DNA from: Blastocystis sp. Blastoise
Lineage: Eukaryota > Protista > Bigyra: Opalinata
Direction: 5' to 3'
Assembly (NCBI GenBank): GCA_039096225.1
Contig: JBBPEB010000009.1
Coordinates: forward strand, 434,001-498,000
DNA length: 64,000 bases
Positions 54,411-64,000 of the stretch are shown here, piece by piece. The notes beneath the pieces were generated by a model. It was given only the letters and a program-made list of their open reading frames with translations, had not been told where the DNA came from and ran no database searches. Position numbers and translations under genes: made by a program. Within the stretch, counting starts at the first letter, position 1. Every line of letters starts with the position of its first letter.

Positions 54411-57192
54411 ATTAAATATATAAATAAAAAAATAAATAAATAAATAAACAACTCTATATATACCTTTCTTTTCCATTTCTTTTAATTCAAATTCTTTTTG
54501 ATTTAATTTGGTATTTAATTGATTAATATCTTCTTCTTTTTGTTTTTCCATACTTAATGGTTCTTCTCCCACGGTAATTCGACGAATTCGGCTTAAAAAA
54601 TCAAGTGTATCATTCGTTTCAATTTGACAAACACAAGAAGATTCAATATGTCCCATAATTATTAATTGTGTTCCAGATAAAAAAGCAGGTCTTAATATTT
54701 GCGTTAACATACTATCTCTAAAAGGTATATATTTACTACCCTGTTCTAATGCTTTTATAACACTTGTAAATACAGATAATGATTTATTTATAGATTTTGA
54801 TATTTGTTCACGAGATGTATTCGTACGAGATAATGAATTTAAACGTCCAGTTCCCGCCAAACGAACAAGAGTTATACGAACAGGATGAGGTGCCAAAGGA
54901 GGGAAAACATTGATCTATATATATATATATATGAAGTTTATTATATTAATAAATAATGATATATACTTGATTCATACTAATTAATAATAGAATAAACATA
55001 ATAATAATAAATATAGAATAAATAGAATAATAAATATATAATAATATCACCATACAATAAATAATTGATGTGCGTCATTTGTGTTTCCTTCAAATAAATC
55101 TACTTTTTCTCTTTGTTCCTTATATTGATTAAACAAGGACCAACCTTCTTCTGCTTCTCTACATTCCTTCTGAGTAACACGCTCTAAATATACATGATCA
55201 CCTATACTTCGTATCTTTATAGTTGTATAAATATCTTTCATTTTTTCATTTAATTTCTTTTGAATTATTTTATTCTTATTAAATACACTAGCAACTTTTT
55301 CAGGTATAAAAAATAAATCTTTTACTTTCTCATCATGTATTTCTACATAAGATAAAGTAACAAGGGTTGGATTCCCGTGAGAATCACTAGAATCAGAAGA
55401 ACTTGATTTGATTTGATTATATTTAGTAAATAATTCATTCAATATATAATAAAGAATTCCTTTTTCTTCCTTTGTTCCTAAAACAGTATATTCTTTTCCA
55501 CTTTCTTTCTGTCCATAGAATATATAACACATATCTTTACCTTCATAAAGACTGTCTAATCCTCCATACATTCCTCTATATATATCATTCTGACTACAAT
55601 CACTATCAAATACATGTAAAAAATGATAAGTACGTTTTTCATGTAAAGTTTCATTATAAGCATATAACTCTTGATTATTTAATACTTCTACAGTCATAGG
55701 GGTTTGAAGATATAAACTAGGTCGAATACGTACATATACACGTATCTTTCGAAATGTAATGACTTCTCCTTTCTCTTCTAATTTCTTTAATATCTTTATA
55801 CGCTCTTCTAAAACATCATTTAAAGTATTATTATATTTATTTATAATTTTAGGTAAAGTATCTATAATAGATCGTATTAATATAGGTAATGATTCTTTTA
55901 TTTGTTCTAATAATTGTTTTAAATATTTACATATATCTAATAAATTATTTACAATAGGATTAATATCTTTACTATTCTTTAAAGTATCTAATAATGTATT
56001 TAATGATGGTTCAGGAATAGATAAATCTCCAAGAGAATTATTTAATGTTTGTACTGTGTTCATTAAGCTATCAACATCAGGTTTCAGATCATGCTTAAGT
56101 GTACTGAAAACATGATCTTTATAAATATCTTTTTGAGATCCTAATAAAGAAGGATCTTGATCTGCAATAATACTAGCATCTATATCTACTGGTTTATAAT
56201 CAAATAATGATTTAGTATTATATATATTATTCAAATTTGCAGGGTCATAATTAAATATAGAATTTTGTGATTCTGAATTTATAGAAGAAGAATCAGATAA
56301 ATTATCTGTTGTAGAATTTCGAATAGAATCATCAAAACTAAATCGTCTTCCATATGAAAAAGAATTTTCTAAAGAACGTAAAATTGGAGATTCCATTTGT
56401 GTTCTTTGATTTACTGCAGATATCGTTCTCATATGATAAGGAGGAATATTGTTTTCAGGTGTATCACGTGATAGTGTTCGATTTGAATTCGAATGAGGTG
56501 AAGAAATAGAATCATTTGAATCAGGAGATAATAAAGATAAATCTTGTAGAGTAGATGAATTTGGGAATGGCATAATAGGTGGAGAAAAAAGAGAAGAAGA
56601 TAAATCTAATTTAGTTTCTGATTGAAGAGGATTGACAGGAGGTATATAGCTAAATATATCTTGATTATATATAGAAAGAGAAGATTTAGGAGGCATAGAA
56701 ATATTTTTAGGATGAAGAATTGGAGAATGAATTGGAGATAATAATGGGGATTGTAAGGGTGATTGTAGGGGAGATTGTAAGGGTGATTGTAGGGGAGATT
56801 GTAGGGGTGATTGTAGAGGTGATTGTAGGGGTGATTGTAAGGGTATGTTATTGTGAATTTTGTTATCCTTATTATCATTCTTATTTTCATTATTATAATT
56901 ATTTTCTTTATTCTCTTCTTCTTCTTGTTTCTTTTCTTTATCCTTTATAATAGTATTCACAGTATGAATAGGAGAAGAAGGTAAAGAAGTCTTCGAAAGA
57001 GGAGAAACAGAAGGATTTATTGATCGTATAGATTCCTATATATATATATAGAATTATGTTATATATAGAGTATATATAATATAAATATACATATATATTA
57101 TTTCTTTGATCTTGATGTTGAGCTAGTTGATTTAATAACTATATATATATATAAGATATAATCGTAATAATGATAAATATATTAGGTATATA

Positions 57193-57262
<70 letters not shown>

Positions 57263-59749
57263 TTTTAATAAGCAGATTTCATTCATATATTCATTAGCTA
57301 AAGCTTCGTCACTCATTGTGTTTCCTTCATCATTAACGGCTTTTAACTGATTCCGAAGTGCGTCATCCAGTTCTTGAAATGATGAATAAGGTACATATGA
57401 ACTCTGTAGAATCACGGGAATAATAAGTTTATATTATTAATATTTATTTTATTATTATATTATTATAAAAAGAGGAGTAGAAAAGTATAATATAAATATA
57501 TAATATATATATATACATTATTATCATTAGAAATAGCATTTGGATCAATATTCTTAGCATTACACTATAGTATAATAATAAGAATAATAAATAAATAGTA
57601 ATATACTTTATTCATAAGATCATTTTCAATGCCTTTTAAAATAGTTAAATATGTATATATATTCTTGCTTCGAAGATCGTCTGAAATCTGCTGACATTCT
57701 TTTTCAGTCGCCTGATTATGATCCTCTAACTGACGTCGTAATATGCCCATAGCTTGAGGCTTTATAGATATATATATAAGTAAAAATAAATGATAATAAT
57801 TAGTATTAATAAGAATAGTATATATATAAATATACAGTCATAAGTTTTCCTTCTTCTTCGGTGATCAGACGAGTATTAATAGAAAGTGATTGAGGAAATG
57901 ATGTTTCCCCCATGGGAATTGATTGCTCTGTTGAGATATATGAAGGATTATTTGAATAAATAGTATTTTGAGAAGTAGAAAGATAATTGGTTGAAGGTTC
58001 AGATAATGATAATTGATTGGATAAATTCTGATGTTTTGGGGATTGTAATGGGGATTGTAATGGGGATTGTAATGGGGATTGTAATGGGGATTGTAAGGTT
58101 GATTGTAGAGGAGATTGTAAGGTTGATTGTAAGGTTGATTGTAGAGGAGATTGTAGAGGAGATTGTAAGGTTGATTGTAGAGGAGATTGTAAGGGGGATT
58201 GTAAGGGAGATTGAATAGAAGAAGAAGAAGATTTGATTTGATTTGCAGTATTTAACGGTTGTAAACACTCAACTTCATCAGCTAATGCAGATACTGTATG
58301 TAATAACTATATATAAATAAATCATATATATATATATATATAGAATACTTGTTGTTGATAGTATTCTAATTGTGTTTTCAGTTCATCGGGGGATGTCATG
58401 TGCTTAACAAGAATAGGGATTGGCTGATCTTTCAGTTCTGCTAAGATTTGTTCTGAAGTGGATTGAAAAGTAGCAGGAGAAACTGAATACAGCTATATAT
58501 AATTTATAAATAGAATATATGTAATATATAGAATAAAGAGAATAAAGAGAATATATATATATATATATATACTTGATTATTCATATGTTCAATATGTTTA
58601 ATAGCTTGTTCTGCTTGGTCGTTAAGTTCTGTTGGGGATAAAGGGGGATCTTCAGAATTATGTTCTTCTGGAGATTCTATAAATATATATATATATATTT
58701 ATATACAACTAATAAAAATATATATGTATATATACGTATATCATTTTGATTTTGAAATAATTGTTTAATATTATCATTTCCTTCTTTTTCTTTAGTAGGA
58801 ATTTCTACATATTTTGTAATCGTTTGAATAGAATGAATAACAGATCTCTTAATATAATTGATATATAGTGAATTGATATATATAATTAATAGAATATATA
58901 TATATACACATAGTTCTGCTTGTTGCTCATAATTGAGATTCACTAATAGATACATATATAATAGAAAAATAATAATAATATATATATACTTAATTCTTCA
59001 GGTATAATTGTATGTCTAAAAGCCTATATAAATAAATAAATATATATATATATATAATTATATATATATATAATTATACGGTATCATTATCATAATTCAT
59101 AACAACTGCTTCACATTCCCTATATGTATATACACATATATATAAACATATATATATATATATACTCAATATCTGGATGTGTTAAAAGATTAATATAACG
59201 GTCTTGTGTTTCCTATTAATAATAAATATAATATAATATAATAAATAAATAATATAAATAAATATATACATAGCTAATAGGAGATAATTCAGATATTTTT
59301 CTTAATTGATCCTAAATAATATATTATCGATTATCATAATTCTTTTAAACATATATATATACGATAGTTTGACGGACAAAATCAAAATCTTTGAATTGAG
59401 GTCTTAATAATAATATAGACTTTAATAGTTTTTCATATTCATAATTTAATTGATTTAATTTCTTCTTATTCTAGATTGAATCAAGTAAAATATATTTTAT
59501 GAAAAGATATATGTTTTTTACATACTTCTTCAATTTGTTGAGCAAGTTCCTTTCGTTCATCTTCAGAAGATTGAATATATTGTTGAAATAGAGTCTATAA
59601 GCAGTAGTATTGTAATATTGATAATGTTACTGATAATTCTTCTAATTGATTTTGTGTTTTGATGGCTAGTGATTTCCATTGTATCGAACTAATTAGACCT
59701 GAATAATAATTTAAATTCATTAATGTATTACTCATATACTATTATCCAT
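53782..59749 (-). CDS. C-terminal-motor kinesin (kinesin-14-like) with degenerate ATPase motifs
   Basis: KIRVYVRIRP, YHFLHVFD, SYVEIHDEKVKDL, SINKSLS and YIPFRDSMLTQIL, with coiled-coil and Ser/Pro-rich N-terminal regions. Confidence 0.85.
56747..56845 (-). repeat. Coding 12-bp repeat, (SPLQ)x8
   Basis: Seen in ORF 55047-56960. Confidence 0.9.
58037..58213 (-). repeat. Coding 12-bp repeat (QSPL/QSTL), ~14 units
   Basis: GATTGT recurs every 12 bp within a kinesin exon. Confidence 0.85.
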
Positions 59750-60963
59750 TTAAATAATGTTTATTGAAAACAATTCTTTTTATATCGTCACAAAATGAAA
59801 ACAAAAATTGAAATGAAAAACTGTATACAAAATTATAAAAATTGTTTTCCCATGGTTTTCTGTTGCAATTACTGCGACAAGAGAAAAATAATCATAAATA
59901 AGCACTGTTACTAAGAATAATTTCAGAATATATCTGAATTTCTTTCAAGTTAAATCCAATTTTAGTCATTTATATCATGAAAAAAGAAAAGAGATCTGTT
60001 TTAAAGAATGTAATAAAGACATGTAAAGAGTATTATGTAAACGAAACAAAAGAAAAAAGCAAAACAGTAAAAATAAGCCAAAAAAAAAAACGATTCACAG
60101 TATTTTAAAAGTAAAAATAAAAAGTAGAAATTCATGGAATCAGAATATATAAATAATATAGTATACACACAATATAAAATGCTTAAATATAAGAAATTTG
60201 AAACAATATCAATGAAAAATTTAAAAATTAAAGTTAACAGCAAAAATACTCTTATATTAATAAAAAAAAATGGAAAAAGGAAAAATAAGGATATTAATAA
60301 TTACTGATTACATAAATAATAATCAGAAAATAGAAAATACGAATATATATAAGAGAAAGATAGATTATATAATAAAAATCTTGCATAGTAAATAAACTTG
60401 AATAATAACATGTTGAATAGAGAAGGAAGAGATTTGGAATATATATATAATGGTTTCAGGAAATATTCAGGTATATATAAAATATATAATAATAATATAT
60501 TTATTCATAGAAATGAGATATATAAAGATGTATATAACGGTAACAATAAATAAGAGAATTCACAACAAAAAGGAGGATAAATAAAATATATAAATAGAAA
60601 GATAAAAAGTATTTTTTAAAAATAGAAATAATTGTTAGAATATGAAAAATAAATTGAGAGTTATAGATAGTTATGGATAAATAAATATTATTCTATTTTA
60701 ATGAATAATATGGAATAAGTATGAAATAGTATAAATAAAAAGTATTATAAAAAATTAATAAATAGATATGAATATATTTAATATATTATAATACATATAT
60801 ATTAATATAATAAGCAATTCATAAAGATATAAAAAGTAGTATTACATGATAAACATATATCTATAAATATTCAAAAAATATATATATATTATATGTTTCA
60901 TAAATATAAATATTAATACTGATTTAAAATAGTATATAGATCAACATATATATATATATCAAA

Positions 60964-63195
60964 TTATAATTCTTGGATACGTTGTTTTACCGTGTTTATC
61001 GATGGCCTTTCCTTTTGTCCTCTCAAACAATCATATATAATCAATTTTACTTCTATATATTATTATTATTATATAGTAATTGACTCTTATAGATAATAAA
61101 TATAATAATAATAAAAATGTTATATATATAGATAAATATATATTTACTATCTTCAATTGAGTTAGGTAATTCTGGTTTTATTCCTTTTTCTGCATAAACG
61201 CGTAACTATAATCATATATAATAGAGTTATTTAAAAAGATATAAAATATATATAATAGATTTATTTAAAAAGATATAAAAACATATATAATAGATTTATT
61301 GAAAAAAATATATAATATATATAATAGATTTATTGAAAAAAATATATAATATCAATAATATATTTATTTAAAAAGATATAAAAAGATATATAATATATTT
61401 ATTTAAAATATACAAAGACATATAAATAAAATAGATTCAGTAGAGAATAAATATAAATATAAATATATACTGTATTACTATCAATACAAGGATAGTCTTC
61501 TTTAACCGCGGGGAAATACGATATACATAATAAATGACAATATATTTCAATCAACAGAATACCCAAACTGTATACATCACACTATATATAGAAAAAGAAT
61601 AATAACAGATATTATTATTATATGTATATATGTTGAAAAAGAATTATTATTATTATCATTACACATATGTTGAAAATGAATATAATTAATTGTCATTGCT
61701 AAAAATAATATATATACTTCGAAAGAATGTTCCATGAATGCTAATAACTCTGGTGCAACACTATATATATAAATATATATACATTATATATTATGAACTT
61801 AATATATATATACTGATTATTATGAACAGAGAGTAGAATATCTCCTTTTTCATTCATCGATTCATTTCTTGCGAGTCCCGCGATTTTTATTTGATATGTA
61901 TTATCATCATTTATAACAATAAATATAGATTCCGTCTATTGAAATTATATATAGCATAAAGTTATAAAATAATATATTATTATATATAGTATAGTTATAT
62001 AATAATATAATATAATATATATATATAACATATAATACATACAGATATATTTCCATGAATATAGTTTTGTCCGTGTAAATAGATAACACCATCACAAATC
62101 TCTATAAATAAAATAATAAATATTATTATATAGAAAATATATATATACGCAATAAAATTGATTTAATTATATCTTTTGTTAATCTAGACATAAAGATAAT
62201 AATATTTATTATAATAATTATTAATATGAATAGTATATATACACAATAGTTTTATTCAGTAATAACGTTTGAAGTGTACAAATGACGTTCTCTCTGCACA
62301 CATAAATTGAAATATGATTGGAGGATATCTCTTGTACGGAGTATCCATAGATCTTAAGTATATTTGGGTGATTAAATGAACTATAAGTATCAACACTGTC
62401 AATAACTGCCTTATTAATCTCTTTTTTATGTTTATACTTATATTCCTCTATTGTCAACGATATATCCCCTACTTGACTATATATTTAGAGATAGAATATT
62501 ATTAGTAGTAGTATATTGATTTATATATAATTTGTTTGATGTTATAATTTATATATTATTTAAGTTGTTATTTAAATAATAATAAAAAAATATAATTCGA
62601 AATATATATTATATACCCATAAAACAATCCATATTGATCTGTTTCTAGAATGGTTTCCTTTTTAATTAATTTATCAGGAGAAATGACTTCTATTTATGAA
62701 TAATATATAGAAATTATATATTATATAAATAGAATTAATAAAATAAATAAAATAAATAGAATAAAAAGAATAAAGAGAATAAAGAAATTAACTGGAATAA
62801 ATTGAATAAATAGAATAAAAAAAAACAACTCTAATAGCTCTTATAACTATAATAAATAATATACTAATATCATGTGTATTAAAATTAATAGCTTCTTCAA
62901 ATGGTTCTGAATAAGATTCGTTTTCGTACATATCCTCATCGTACGAAGGATATCCCTCCATTCCTTTTGAGAAACAGAATGAACCACTATTGCCGTTACG
63001 ATGAGGAGCACTAATACTGCGACGAATAGGCTTCGAGATCGTAGAGGGGGTTGTGGGGGTCTGAATGTTTTCATTGGATAAAAAAGAAGATTGTGACGAA
63101 CGACGCTCACGTGGTCTATATATACAATTATATAGATATAAGTGAATAACGTATATATAAAGAGAATACATATATATTTATTAAGCACAAAAAAA

Positions 63196-63232
<37 letters not shown>

Positions 63233-64000
63233 CAATTGTGGTGGTGAATTACAGAATAATTTATATATAGTTTCCACAACTTTTCTTAATGTTATTTCCT
63301 ATATATATGCAAAAAAAAATATTACAACTATAGATATTAAAACATAACTATTATATCATTATTCATTTAAAAAAAATAGTACACATATATATACAGGATT
63401 CCAATCTTTAACAATAGGATGTGTTAACATAAAAAATAAGTCTTTTGAAGAGAAATACTCATATTCCTCAATAATTTCCATATCTATAAATACATTTACA
63501 TTTTCAAAAAAAAAAAAGAATGAGATAAACGAAGAAATGATATATATAATAAAAATCTTGAGTTAAATGAATTAAACTCAAAGATAAGAGAAAGAAAAAG
63601 ACTTACCATTCAAAGGTTCATTATAAAAATAAAAAATAGGTCCTTTCTTTGGATAGTTCATACTGATCTGGATCAATACATATATCTGATGAGGTTCTTT
63701 GTGATGATAGTAATAAAAAACACCATAAAAATTATAAGAATGTTTACCTAAATGAGATTAAGAAGAGAAGATTATGCAATTACTTAATATTGTTTTGGAA
63801 GATACAAAAGCTCCATGCATCAACATCTCTGTAAATTGTGTCTCAATCAACGATTTCTAAAAACATAAGTGTAAATAAATCGATATCTTACATTGCTAAA
63901 TGCAGCTTCCCTTATAGTATTTAGGGCTTGCTGATTAGCATGGATTTTCAACCTCTCCATAGATATTCACAAAACAATCTAAAAGATATATAAACACAAA
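60964..64000 (-). CDS. Protein kinase-fold protein, probably a pseudokinase; 5' part outside the window
   Basis: FNHPNILKIYG, GVIYLHGQNYIHGNISTESIF, IKIAGLAR, VAPELL, DVYSLGILL and QKERPS. A hydrophobic segment is encoded upstream (~63690-63750). Confidence 0.8.
61220..61410. repeat. Intronic AT-rich minisatellite (~33-35 bp)
   Basis: AATAGATTTATT(T/G)AAAAA recurs. Confidence 0.7.

Overview
Very AT-rich eukaryotic DNA with short GTAT...TATAG introns. The gene content resembles a Blastocystis-like protist, but that is inference only. The left ~27 kb is a nested Helitron complex. Two near-identical ~6.9-kb non-autonomous Helitrons (27-6910 +, 19125-26055 -), each bounded by A|TC...GC hairpin-CTAG|T, face each other as a 26-kb inverted repeat. 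They appear to sit inside a larger minus-strand Rep-helicase Helitron: copy A splits the Pif1 helicase ORF, and the frame resumes in bases 26->1. Each 6.9-kb element carries two tRNA-like cloverleaves with compensatory base changes, ~489-bp repeats, a GAA tract and an array of short GSS..EG exons. One 50-nt intron in that array is precisely present in copy B and absent in copy A. The spacer carries a gene built from 20 tandem 27-nt micro-exons and other symmetric phase-1 exons. The right 37 kb is host sequence: three BTB-like/TLDc paralogues, two members of another BTB-like family, a UBR-box E3 ligase, a degenerate kinesin-14 and a pseudokinase.
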